Shown piece by piece: positions 11,173 through 23,617 of a stretch of 37,436 bases of DNA (positions are counted from its first letter, which is position 1; every line of letters begins with the position of its first letter). The stretch lies in the NCBI GenBank assembly GCA_021432655.1, contig MU271631.1:1-37436 (forward strand). The letters run 5' to 3'. The position numbers and the translations under genes are program-made. A model generated the notes under the pieces. That model did no database searches. It had not been told where the DNA came from and saw nothing but the letters and a program-made list of their open reading frames with translations. This stretch comes from Atractiella rhizophila (Eukaryota).

Positions 11173-14055
11173 ATGTCGCTCTCCAAAGCCACGGCTGATC
11201 GACACCAAGTAATGTCCCTCCCCTGTCATCCGCACCGGAAGGGCATGTTTCTCTGACACAGAGATGATGAAAAACAGCGTCAGCTCCTCTCGCTCCTCTC
11301 CGTGCCAGGAAACGACTCCTGTGCGGATTGTGGCGCGTCGAATCCTCGATGGGCGAGCTGGGATCTGGGCATATTCTTATGTGTCAAGGTCCGTTTCTTC
11401 CTCTCCTTGTTCGCTGTAATTCTAGGTAGAGGAACATGGAGCTGTTGTTGATGATGTGTTTTGGTGTAGTGCGCACAATGTCATCGCTCGTTGGGAACGC
11501 GTGAGTCTCTTGAATGTTTGGAAACGGAAGAGGGAGGAGTTGAAATGTGCTTTTCTCTTGGGGTTCGATAGATATCAGTAAGGTAAAGAGCTTAACGTTG
11601 GATCAATGGACCAAAGAGTGCGTCGTTTCGTCTTGTCAAGCATAAGCGAAGCGGGGGTGGTTGAGCTGGTCATCATTTTGTGTGATGATTTGACCGGACG
11701 GTCGCTTTTCCTTGTTCCTGAATGGTAACGCTCCAACGAAGCTCGATGCTGTCATGTGGTGGGAGGAATTCATTGTCCCCAAATCAAAAAATGAAGGATA
11801 GGCTGAAAGCATAGAATTGAAAGAAAGAACCGCAGATACGCTATGAGAAGAGAGATACCATCAACATTTACTCTTAGCCTTCATTCTTTCACTCTAGTCT
11901 CAAGACTTCCCGTTCTCGCCGTTCCCTTACCGCTGAGCCATGATGATGTTAAATGTAACAAGTGATTCTGGATGTCCTGTGGAGGAACTGGGAACTCTGA
12001 TTTCACGTCCTGTTTGTAGGCATTGATTGGAGAGATACTAATATCCTCTCCTCCTGTCTACCTCTCATTCCTTGTCGTTATTCGCTCGGAGAACGGGGTT
12101 ATTACTTGTCATCGCATTGGAGTATCGCACTTCGAACTTGGATCGATTTGCTCTCTAGTCTTCCTTGCTAACTGTCATATCAATGGAACAGGCAACTCGA
12201 ATCTATGCGCTCTCAAGGCAACATTAAATCAAACGCTAAGTTCATTTCTGATCCGACAAAGCATCGGTTTGTTATTCTCTGCCCCCAGACCAGCTTTCGC
12301 TGATCGACCCAAATACGGTATAGGGCACCTACTGGAGTAGAAGAAAGCGAGAGAGACTCGGAGATGGATCGATACATTAGGAACAAGTACCAATTCAAGC
12401 TCTTCATGGCATCGACAAATCCACCACAACCCGCACCAGTAGAACGAGTTACGTTCGAGCCTCCTTCTCCCACAAACGAAGAGCAGACACCACCACCTCT
12501 CGCTCCTCGTCCCACTAAAGCGCCCATCCATCGATCTACCACGCCTGTCCAGCCAACAAACGCCGACCAACCGCCTCCTCTCGCTCCTCGTCCACGACCT
12601 TCCCATGTTCCCTCCGCCTCAAGCACCTTGCCTCCACGACCCTCCTCAGCAGCCGCTCCCTCTAAACGAAGAGTCACTTTCGACCCCGTGCGGCGAGATA
12701 CCCCAGAGATGATTGACCGAGGGAAGAGCGCCAGTCCATCCATTTTGCTCAATGGTCCGAAGGGAGTTGACTACGGAAGTCTAGTTGGGAGGGCGTTGGA
12801 AGTCGGGGGTAGGGAAGGGGAGAAGGATGAAATGGAGGAGAAAATGGGTATATACCGTCCACAAAGCACTCCCCTGAACCTTGGTGAAGCAACCTCCTAC
12901 TTCTCGACTGGTCCAAGCGCTCCACCTGTTCCCCCGATGCCGACCCAATATGGAGCATCAGCTAACACGTGGGGTACAAACTTGAATGGAGGCAGCAAGC
13001 TAAATCAGAATGGTCTTCCGCAGATTGCGGCTCCCTCTGTAGCTGTTCCTATGGGTACTGGCACGAGTATGGCAGGGTTGGCTTACTCTACTGGAACGAT
13101 GGGGATGCAGAAGACGGGTGGGGTGTGGGATGACCTAATGAGTGTCCAAAGTCCTTCAACATCGTTCCCAGCACCAGCAACAACGACCACAGCTTCTGCG
13201 TCATTGTCTATGAACTCCATGACTGGGATTGGAGGCGGGCAGTCGAATGTTGGCGGAGGTTTGGCGAATTTTGGCAGCGTAGGGTTACCACCTCTTTCCT
13301 CGACACCCATCGCCAACCCGATGGCGGGAGGGAACCCATTTTCTAACGCCAACATGACATCAACATTCTCGCCGGCACCTTCAAGTTCTACTTCGGCCTC
13401 TTCCCTCTTTGGCACGTCCTCATTCTCCTCCCCTTCGCCTGCCAACTTCACTTCTACCTCCACCTCCACCTCCTTCTCGTCCTTGTCTTCGAATCAGCTC
13501 ACACCTTCCTCAACTTTCTCATCGCCGAACCAGTTCGTACCATCCGTCAGCACAACCTTCGCTTCACCAACGTTCGCTTCGACTTCGGCTTCATCTCCGT
13601 TCAACACGAACACTGCTTCTCCCTTCGGCAGTGGTTCCAACCCAAACTTTACGGCGGGAATGAACTCTGCACTATCGCCTGCAACTTCAACACCCATGAA
13701 CTCTTCGGCGTTCTCAAACATTGGGGCCATGGCCGGCGCTCTGCCTTCGTCAGGGACGCTCAATGGCACTTCATACCCTTCGACCGCATATTCGACCTCT
13801 TCGTACAATTCGTATACCCCTCAACCGACATATTCGAACTCTTCCTATCAGTCGGGAACTTCAAATCCTTACCAATCAACTCTCTCGTCATCGAATCCAT
13901 ATCAACCCTCGCCTTCACCTTCGAACCCTTTCCTCTCGACACAAAGTAAAAGCAATAATCCCTTCTTGAATAATTCAACTTCGACGACAGACTTCAGCAA
14001 CTTTGCGGCAGGTTACATGCCTCAAGCGAGGCAGCAGAATGGGTTCGGATATTGA
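11173..14055 (+). CDS. ArfGAP (SMAP/Gts1/AGFG-like) with proline-rich, NPF-bearing disordered tail
   Basis: Spliced N-terminus MSLSKATADRHQ|RQLLSLLSVPGNDSCADCGASNPRWASWDLGIFLCVK|CAQCHRSLGTH|ISKVKSLTLDQWTKE|QLESMRSQGNIKSN.. MDRYIRNKYQ contains the CxxC-x16-CxxC-xx-HR ArfGAP zinc finger. The last exon is ORF 12364-14055. Confidence 0.92.
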
Positions 14056-14575
14056 TAAAAATTTTGCTTGTGGTTTGTGTGGCAAGTTGTGGTGCATACT
14101 GAGTATTGAAGTAATGTGTGGTCGATATGTTGACGGATTGTGACAGATCAGTTTAATTAGAGAGCAAGAGGACATGATTATTTCATTCAACCTGACCGCA
14201 TCAGTCATCATGTCATCTCCATCCATGCAATGACCCAAGTGCCGTTCTCCGCAATCCTTCCACTGACACTGCACTGTCCTCTTTCGCACGACAGCCCGTA
14301 GTCCCTTTTATGATCTTCCTGCCTATTGCCCACGGGAAACAAAGCGTGAACACATCAAACGAGATAATCAGAGTCACAGGATCCTGAAGGGAAGTGAGGC
14401 GAGCACAACTTTAGAAACAGCAACGGACGGTAGCGAGAACATCATGGGGGATTACCAGGTTCCTCCTCGAAGCAGGTGGCTTCCGGTAGGGCTCTCAGGG
14501 CGTTGGGGAAAGTCTTCATTGCCACTTTTGACGCTAGCGGGTCAAGTTGAGAAATATAACTCTCTCAATTTATCA

Positions 14576-14770
14576 TTATAGACACCCCGAGTTCGAAGGA
14601 CAATTCTGGGAGAGGACATAGGAGTAATCGTAGCGACTTTCATTCTGGTAGACCTCTTCAAGCTCCTGCATCATATTCTTTTTCTGCTTAGCTTCGTCCA
14701 AGGTGGTCATAATGAGGTGGTCCCTCGGTCATAAATCTCTATCTTGCGCTTGCGAAAAAAGTGCACGAAG
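14576..14770 (-). pseudogene. C-terminal relic of the MGTRG family gene
   Basis: FVHFFRKRKIEIYDRGTTSL, then a frameshift to MTTLDEAKQKKNMMQELEE, aligns by eye with FIDLNKEAGVEINVYARGDNLVKTVTLDAARKNKDIMEQLD of the gene at 15043-15639. Confidence 0.5.
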
Positions 14771-15042
14771 AGGCTTTGAGAACTTACGGTGTCGAGTACG
14801 CTGATAAAATAATAAAAGGGGGCAGGGCTCCAGAAGTAAGAAGATAGCCTAGGGATGGCTGAAGAAGAAGTGGCTCGAAACTTGAAATGAAAGGCCCAGA
14901 TGAACTTAAAAGGACCGTAGAACGCTGGCACGGTAACTGAGTACTATGCACTAACAACGAAAAGGCTAATAAATTCTTAACTGCTATTCTCATGAAGTTG
15001 ACCGTACAATTTTCACGTGAAGGTTTTTGAGCGCCGGGGAGT

Positions 15043-15639
15043 TCATGCGTCCAGCTGCTCCATAATATCCTTGTTCTTCCTAGCGGCGTCCAAAGTCACA
15101 GTCTTGACGAGATTATCACCTCGCGCATAAACATTTATCTCCACCCCAGCCTCTTTATTGAGATCGATGAAATACGCCCATTCGCAAAAGAGACCGTCCT
15201 TGAGAAAGTCGGTATCGTCAGGCATGTGTCCAAGAGTGCCAGAGAGCAGATGGGGAAGTGCCTTCGCGCCTTGGGTCCCGTTGAGAAGACAGTACCAGTC
15301 TGCCGTGGAGCGAACGTTGACTTCGAGGTTGGCGAATCCAGCTTCGTAATATCGCTTTTGAACTTCTTCGGAAGGCTTGGATCGGGTATCGAACCTGTCC
15401 CAACCAAGTCAGGATCTACTACTTACTACCGTAGAGAGAAGGAGAGACACAGGGACAGAAACTCACCATATCACCTTCTCCACGTTTTCAGAGAGCGCCT
15501 TCAATTGTTCCGGCGTGAGATTGAGGAGAAACTGAAGGATATCGTTCCCCAAGCCGTCGGGGTAGGAGTCGAAGTGGTTGTAGGACCCTTTGCGGGTGCC
15601 GTTCTGAAGAATGAAGCCTAGAAGTCCTCGAGTTCCCAT
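15043..15639 (-). CDS. Uncharacterised ~175 aa protein (MGTRG..YNHFDSYPDGLG..DWY..FCEWAYFID)
   Basis: Missed as a whole by the ORF track. ATG at 15639, one intron 15466-15395 (GTGAGT..CTGAC..CAG), then an open frame to TGA at 15043. TATAAA-like element near 15735 on the minus strand. Confidence 0.85.
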
Positions 15640-16325
15640 GGTGCTTTATACTTTACTTTCTTGATTTTATGAACAATCTAATTCTCGTTGGCTTTTCAAG
15701 TTTGGGCCACGCCAACGAGAGGATCAACGCCTTTATAAGGAGGAAGTATGCGGTCCCACAGAAAAAAGAGGTCAAGGAAAGGTTTTACGTTATAGAAACT
15801 TTACGTTACTGACAGCAGTCGTTGATGATGTGAAGGCTGCTGGCGGGCCGGAGCCTCCTAATTGCTCCTAAAATCAGAGCTAGAGGTTCTTTGACATGTC
15901 ACTCAGGTCCCATTGTACCAGTTCCCAGTGGAAATGAGATTAATGAAAGGTGGACGTCGGTGGACGTTGGCACTCGCCTCTTCTCAGAGAACCTATGATT
16001 CCATCTTGTTTGCGTGTATGAGCCAAGCAAAAAAGCCCGTAAGATGTTGAATATCAAGCTCGAATCGTGTTGATTCTGCAGAAATTTAGATTTCCTCTCT
16101 ATCTTCACTGGTTCAGTTCTCGAAATTAAAGTTTTGTTTCTCAGCAGCACCATCCAGTTTGTGAGATGTAGTATCAATGGTGTAAATCGTAGTCCGACCT
16201 TTCATCTGAAGCCTCGCAGGAAGCCGCAGGAAGAACTGAAGGTGAGCGCACTGGCAAACAGATATCAATTGCACTCGCCTCCTCACTGGTCAGGGTTCAC
16301 TCGTACATTCACCGAAGTTCCATTC

Positions 16326-17680
16326 TCAGCGATCCCTCCATTCCGCCTTCCTCTTCTGCACAAAAGCCTGCATTCCCTCCTTCTGATCCTCCTGTGATCA
16401 CGCCCAACACCAAAGTAACCAAAGAGTGAGCATATCGAACGAGGACAATAACGGCGCTAGCTCCGGAAGGACCGAGGTAACAGGGTAAGAGAAGAGGACG
16501 TACGGTAGCAAAGAGAGAATGGAACAGCCTCCTCTCCAATTTGACTCCCGCCTCCAACGGCACTTCAGCTGCTGCGTTGACAGCTTCCTTCGCTGCCTTG
16601 ATCGCCAGCTTGCTCTTGCTCGCTATCTCCTCCGCCACTACTACCGCGTCCGTCACCACATCTTCCGAAACCCGCGACACCAGACCGTAGCTTGCTGCCT
16701 CAGTCGCGGTGATGGATTTGCCTGCGAGCGGTTGGTTAGATCTTTTGACGGACGAGTCAGGAGAGGACGGACCGGTGAGGATGAGCTCCATGGCGCGCGA
16801 TTTACCGATTGCAGCTGTCAAGCGTTGCGTGCCGCCGGAACCTGGGATGACTCCAAGCTGTTTAGTTACATGTTAGCGGTTGGGGAAGAGGCTGAAAGGA
16901 GGAGAGGGGCAACGAACGTTGATTTCTGGTTGACCGAATGAGGCGTTGGGAGATGCGAGGAGGATGTCGCACCTTCACATTCATTCAGATTTGTATTCGT
17001 CGATTTGATTTGAGAGGAAGAAAGGAGGGAAGGACGAACATCATCGCTAGTTCGCAGCCTCCTCCCAGCTGCACAAAAGTCAAACGGAAAGCCGTCAGCG
17101 TGTTGATACTCTGTGGAAACTAAAGTGAAAGAAACGGACAGCGAGTCCATTGATGGCTCCCACGATGGGAATATCGATACTGGAGATGCGCTGCCAGGAT
17201 CCTAAGAATTCGCGCGTGTAAACGTCTGCAAAACTCTTCGATGCCATCTCCTTGATGTCTGCACCGGCTGCGAAAGCCTTAGGATGGCCGCCAGTGATGA
17301 CTATAGCCCTGATACCCGACTCAGGGCTTGCACAAGCGTCCAATGCGTCTGTTTTCCACGGAATGACCTCGTCAGTGAGCTCAGCAGGTCACGTGAAAAG
17401 GCATACGGTTTAGGTCGACGAATAGACCGGCGGAAAGTGCATTGTAAGCTTTTGGACGGTTGAGGGTAATCAAGGCTACGTTGTTCCCATTTCCCACGGT
17501 TGAGAAGAGGATGTTGGCGTACTCCCTGATCCCTGGCACGGTCGACGGTGCTGGAGGGACGGAAAGCCGTGCGGGGGAGTGATGAAAGCAGCGAACGCGG
17601 AGGGCTGGAATGGAGCGCAGGAGCGGTTGAGTTCGCAGGGAGAGGACGAGAGGACGCGTGCTACGAATGGCTCGTGACAT
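16326..17680 (-). CDS. Mitochondrial short-chain enoyl-CoA hydratase (crotonase, ECHS1-like), multi-exon
   Basis: Arg-rich presequence MSRAIRSTRPL. Motifs ITLNRPKAYNAL, KAFAAGADIKEM, GGGCELAMM, FGQPEIN (both catalytic Glu present), PGSGGTQRL and DQKEGMQAFVQKRK. Stop TGA at 16326. Confidence 0.93.
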
Positions 17681-18314
17681 TGTTTTGGTATTCGTCGTCA
17701 ATGTTCGTGTTGATGTAAAGTTGTAAAGTTTATCTGACATTTGTTCAAGATGGGTCGGAACCTAAAGTTGTTGTGTCATCATCAGCATCACCCTCACCCT
17801 CCCACCAGCAACATATTTAAGGATAAGGTGCCAAGTGAATATAATCAACCATAAAACAGTTATCAATTGAGGAGATAGTAGGAGTATCACGTGTAATATA
17901 CGGTGAGAGTTATATCTTGCAAACAGATCTGAGAGCTCTCAATGAACTCATGCTCCTGATTTATTCTATGTTATCTACGGACCATTGATAAAATGGTTTT
18001 GCGACCGTCTGATACATTTACTGGCGCTGATGCAGATCAGGAAGTTCTAGAATCCGCTTTCTTTCCTATTTGTGCAGTTGTCTCGACTATGATATTCCGA
18101 CATATATTTGACGATTCAGCTATTCCCGAGCAGAGTTATTTTGCCATTGCGTAGGCTGTGTGTTGCGTCGTTATCTCAACGTATGACGGGAGTATGGCAG
18201 GAAATGTGAGCAAGGTTTACATTACTTGGTGCATAATACCATTCACTGTGCACTCTCATTCTGAGGCCGAATGATCACAGGCTGACAGATGCACACAGAT
18301 CAGCGAAAGAAAAG

Positions 18315-19594
18315 ATGGACCCTCCATCGCTCCCACCACTTATCCCAACCAAGCGAACTCTCCAATCTACCGCCCGCATCCTCCAAACGACAGACACAGA
18401 TGCTCTACTCTCTCGACATTCCGCCATCTCCCTCGGGTACCTACAAGATCCATACACATCCCTCTTTCTCCCTGCTCCACTCCCTCCGCCACAATCTCAA
18501 CGGCGACCACCCTTGATCAACCAGGGGACGTTTGTACGAACGTGGGCCGTTGATAGGATCGTCCAGGCCTTCCTTGACCATGCGGGTGAGGAAGGAGCGC
18601 AGGTTGTGAACATAGGTGCGGGGAGCGATACGAGATTTTGGAGGATGAGCGTGGGGAGGGTGAAGAGGTGGGTAGAGGTCGATTTTGAGAGTTCAACGAA
18701 GGAGAAGATTGCCAGAATCCTGAGGGAGAAGCAATTGAGAGACGCAGTGGGGAGCGAGGAGGATGTGCTCGTTCGTGAGTGTCCCCACACTCTCAGTGAA
18801 GTAAATGGCCTGAAGAAATGTCTGCTGGATATAGAGAATGAAGCAACTTTGTATTCGAAGGAGTATTGCATCCTCCCGTGTGATTTGTCGAAAGAGTTCG
18901 ATACCCTCACAACTAAACTTTTGTCTCCATTTCCCGGCTCAGGAAACGAACTGTTGCTTTCTCCTTCAGTCCCAACACTGTTCATCGCTGGTTTGTCTAC
19001 TCGTATTGACGTTTTGTGAAAGAAATGATTCTTTTCCTTGAACAGAATGCGTGTTTGTCTACATGTCCCCATCCTCGTCTCTGTCCATTCTCCGTTGGTT
19101 TCACGACACCTTTCGGGAAGCCGGAGTGGCAGGGCTGACATACGAGATGGTAGATAAAGGCGATGAGTTTGGGAGGGTGATGAAGCAAAATCTCAAGGTT
19201 CATTCTTTCACTCTTCATGCTGTTACCCACATTAAAAGAGTGTCAGAATCGCCAGATTCATATCCCTGGGGTCCTACCCGCAAAAGAGAAGGAACAATTC
19301 TCAAAAGCCGGTTTCAAAAAGGTCGACGTAAGGGATCTGAAAACCATAAGACGGGTGGACGTACCACGATCTGAACTGGAACGGTTTGTCCTTTTTTATC
19401 TTCAGAATTGGAAGAGACCGTGACTTGACTCTTTCATTCGATCGAACGTGGACTTCTTTGGGCCTTACAGCATTGCGAAGCTTGAGATGCTCGATGAGAT
19501 TGAAGAGCTAGAGTTGATCCTTGAGCACTATTGCCTCGCATGGGCGGTGGATGCTCCAGAAGGGTCGAAGTTACCAGAACTCATTACGCTTTAA
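18315..19594 (+). CDS. PPM1: Leucine carboxyl methyltransferase 1 (PP2A methyltransferase), multi-exon
   Basis: TDTDALLSR..GYLQDPY, PPLINQGTFVRT, VVNIGAGSDTRFWR, EVDF, PTLFIAECVFVYM, DEFGRVMKQNL and LEMLDEIEELELILEHYC. Stop TAA at 19592-19594. Confidence 0.92.
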
Positions 19595-19707
19595 AGTGTG
19601 GTTCCTGTTCGAGCAAGGCGTCCTGGGTAGGAAGTTCACTTAAAAGCACGGCGAAACACAGGGCAAAGATAATACTGTGTAGTAACGTTATTCCAACATC
19701 ATAGAGC

Positions 19708-20196
19708 TCACAATTGATCAACCAGCTCTTCAAGTTCCTCAACAATATTCTTGCTCTCCCTCGCTTTGTTCAAGGCAACCGTTTCAAGAAAGTGTTCACG
19801 AAGGCATGAACATCTATCTGCACTCATTCTCCATCATTGAGATCGATGAAATCGACACCCATTTGCAAATAACATCGTTGTCGAGGAAGTTGGTATCGTC
19901 AGGCATGTGCCCAAGACACAGAGAGCAGATGAGGGAGAATAATTCGGCTTCGGAGCTCAAGCTCACTTTGGGGTCGCCAAAAGCTGGCCAATATCGTTCT
20001 TGGACTGGCCGAGTCGGTTGGAGGATTGAGCATGTCCCAACCAAGTTGGGATGGGTGATCTATCCAATTCTAATAGTAAAAGGAGAGAATCTCACCAAGG
20101 CACCTTGTCGACACTTTCAGAGAGCTCCTGCAATTAGTCGGACGCTTTGCGGGTGCCGTTCTTGAAAATGAAGCCCAAGAGTCGTCGAGTTCCCAT
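19708..20196 (-). pseudogene. Decayed paralogue of the 15043-15639 gene
   Basis: Starts MGTRRLLGFIFKNGTRKASD* with an early stop and deletion of the NHFDSYP segment. Same intron position, but the acceptor is changed from GGGACAG to GGGACAT. Retains GHMPDDTNFL..CKW, followed by frameshifts. Confidence 0.85.
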
Positions 20197-20384
20197 GGCG
20201 CTTGTACTTTTGACTTGCAAACTGTAGACGTCGGATGTCCTTTCACTGGTCAACTTGGTGGTGTTTCCAGCATAGGCTATAAGTCCGTGGTGGCTTACAT
20301 AAACAGAAACGCAACGTGAGTAGGGATGTAATCACGGTAGTATTGAAATAAATCCATTGAAGCTGGTTGAATGCTTGAAGCAGA

Positions 20385-23139
20385 CTATGGCAACAGTCCT
20401 AAGTATGCCGTCACCTTGGCTCCCCAAGACCCCAAGTTGTCAGCAGCCTTAGCTACTCCTTGCCCATTGAGAGTCACCACGTTCGTGACAGATCTGAAGA
20501 TAATATACTCATCCTTCGTCCATTTGAGCAGAAAACTGACAAACCTTGTGTTCATGTTATACAGAACAGTTGCGTGGACGTCGCCCTCTAGCGAGTAAAT
20601 ATCCTTCATGTCGAAGTCAGTCACCATTATCATTTCCGAAGAGGTGAGACTGGACTTTTTGACAATCCCCATCACATCCACCAAAATTATTGAAAAAGGC
20701 CCAGGACCCTGCACCGTAGATATTCTGGTGACTACCACCAACGATCCTAATCGCCCACTGCATCCGGCACGTATCGTCCCCAACCGGGCAATTGTCGAAT
20801 GTCGGATCGTTCCAGTCAGCATTCGGATTCCAAGGAGTGGGAGCAAGCGGAGCTGGTTGGAAATATGGTGTTTCTATTTGTGCCATGCCTACATAGACAT
20901 TCGCTGCGTTGAGAAATTGATATGCATATAGGATGTGGTGTTCTGAGCCTGTACCGACAAACCAGGACCCTTTAGTCGATTCCGTTAGGTAGCCTCGACC
21001 GGTTCCTATCACTTGGTTAAAATCGGCGTCTAGGTCATGATCCGCTATCGGACCCATGTCAGGGTATTGCTATCGTTCATTAGGCACCTGCTTACCGCTC
21101 CATAGCCACATATTTTCCATATATGTTTGAGATGTCTCCTTGAGATGCATCATCAAGAAGGCTGCCTTGCAAGGGGAACCGTCTTCCTGACATTGTGTCT
21201 CTGTCTTGCTGTCTTGTGAGCCTTTCCATTCATTAGCCTTAGTGTTCGCTGGATTGGTTCGAAAACCCGAGACCCGTACCTCCAATCCGAATGTGAGTGT
21301 TGTGAAAAGACACATCGCCTTTACTCTCCCCAGCCATGCTCACTTCAACGACGATAGCACCAGGAAGAACGTCTGAGACCGTGAAAATCATGTCGACGAA
21401 TTCGGCTACTCCAACCTCACCGGGTTCACCAACTCGAAGCTTGACATCTCTCAATACGTGGGAAGGCGAAGAGCAAATGACGAACCATGGCTTTTGGGTT
21501 GTTTTCATCGGAAAAGGCTTTCCCAGAAGCCGCGACGATGGACCAGACCTCTCCGACGATTCTCGAGCCTGTTTGCGACTCGTTAGTGCAACTCTTCAAA
21601 CGTGAGAGAAATCATACCAGGAGGAACATATATTGTGTCTGTGACGAGATAAACACCGTGGGGGAAGTAAGTGAGGCGGCACCCAGCATTCTCCATCAAG
21701 GCTTGCTGAATCGCCTTGGTATCATCTGTCCTTCCATCTCCCACGGCGCCCGCATCCTTCACGCTGGCAAACGCCTCGGCGCCGTACTGTCCATACTGAG
21801 GTAGAGCCTTCGTAACATACTTCCCATCTTCCGCCGTCAGAGTGCCACGATCGGTAGTAGGTATAGCTCCGGAGGTGAACTTGGGGATGCCAGAATTGTC
21901 TCTGTATACGTTTCCGAGTGCCCAAGTTCCCGCGAACGACCCTTTGACGGCAGCATTACCATTCAACAAGACTGTCGTAGCTGAGTCTGCATTGCGTATA
22001 TTCTCAAGGAGAACGGATCGCTGATTGTCCGTCTTGAGAACGATGGAGGTGTTTTGGGCTCTCGAATCGATGACGGAAACTGAACCGGTGTCGTCCATCG
22101 TCGTGAGGTCCACTCCAATGTTGACATTGGTGAACCAGAGGCCTTGGAACACACCGACGAACAGGTGGAGGACCTGAATCGCTGTGTCGACGTCGCTGAA
22201 TTCGAGATTCTTGAAGGAGTATTGCTGATTGTTCAGCTGTATCCCAACCGCTCCTCCGTTGAAGGAAAGATCTCCTAAGAAGGTCCCACTTCCTCCTCCA
22301 CCTTCCTCATGCAACAGCAATCAAGCTCTGTAAACCGATCGAGAGGACGAGAAACCCACCGTCTCCTCCATCCATGATAATCCCTAAATGCTTACTCCCC
22401 TTGGGCATTTCAAAATGAACATTGACCAAGTTCGTCGCCTGCGAGACCGCCCAGTTCAGCAACGGTAGTGCGAAGCCGCTATCCACATCCGTCGTATCAA
22501 TGATTATATTACGAATGCCGATGAAGAAATTCGTTGTTGAACCGGTTCCAGGATCGTATCCATTCAGGACGGCGCCAGAATCGACGGATGCGCGGAAGTT
22601 GGAGGAAGCTTTGATCGTGGGTAGGGAGAGGGGGTTGCCGATGATTTGGGTGTAAATTATCACTTGGACGCTCGAGGTGACGACGTATGTACCTTCCGGA
22701 ACGTACAGCACTTTATCGTTCAGTGTCAATCAGCGATTGTTGAATGTAAGACGGATGGAGAGACGGAAGGGGAGACTCACGGACGGGACGACCAGTTACT
22801 CCTCCATCGCAAGTACCTCCTAAACACCTATTCCCGTCCTTGATGGCGCGATTGAAAGCATCTGTATCGTCCGCGACACCATCACCCAAAGCTCCCTTTC
22901 CCTTCATTCAACGACCACATTTGACAAAGTAGAAAGCGGCCTACATAGTCTTTGACGTTGCGAAAAATCTGGAAGCTTTCGTCTCCAAGGAATGGAGAAG
23001 CGCCTTGGTGCTTCACGCCTTCCAACCAAAACTTGGTGTTGTTCGCACGAGAAGACGACAGATGACAGTCTTGTTTCTTTGAAAGCGTTGCTGCAAAAGT
23101 AAAGCAAACGCAGGACAGAAATGGGATAAAGGAAACCAT
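20385..23139 (-). CDS. Secreted GH55 exo-beta-1,3-glucanase (two beta-helix domains), multi-exon
   Basis: Signal peptide MVSFIPFLSCVCFTFAA. Two FRNVKDYGALGDGVADDT / SVKDAGAVGDGRTDDT repeats, plus WAVSQAT, ENMWLW..ADHDLD, GTGSEHH and QIETPYFQP. Confidence 0.92.
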
Positions 23140-23617
23140 TTTCGTCTGCGGTTGGGATACTCTTAGGTGGCACCTGTTGTGGCCAGAATTATATCCCTAT
23201 TCGGTCTCCCCCATCAAGGTGTGCGTGAAGGGTCAGAACTAAAGTGACGACCGGCGTGAATGTGCGGGGAGGAGATCCATCCTCCGGTGTCGGTGCTGTC
23301 TGGTTGCTACCTACATGTTGCCAGTGGAGGCTCCGTCAGAGGCTGGCGCATGGGTGTTGGCGTTGCACACAATAGCTAGATCGAACGTTGTCCCAGATTC
23401 CGAGAACTGGATGGTCCAGCCCCACGATGACAACTAGCCAACGAATTGGCTGCGACGGCATTCAACTAGCGCACCGTTTCATTTCATAGCAAACTTGAAC
23501 AGAACTTGAAGAGGAAGGGGAGAACTACAAATTCCTCCGACCTTCCACGGCCTGGCTCATCTCAAAATAGGGCGACCACAGAGAGCCCCTCACTGACAGA
23601 CACGTCACACAACCCTT

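Noticed and set aside
11919..11936. CCGTTCCCTT, complementary to recalled 25S rRNA AAGGGAACGG, near a CTGA
   Set aside because: Only 10 nt and not positioned directly next to the D-like box, so it is insufficient to call a snoRNA.
12213..13808. Antisense ORFs over the ArfGAP last exon, and similar shadow ORFs over the bZIP, PPM1, ECH and GH55 genes
   Set aside because: They are explained as reverse-strand shadows of real coding sequence.
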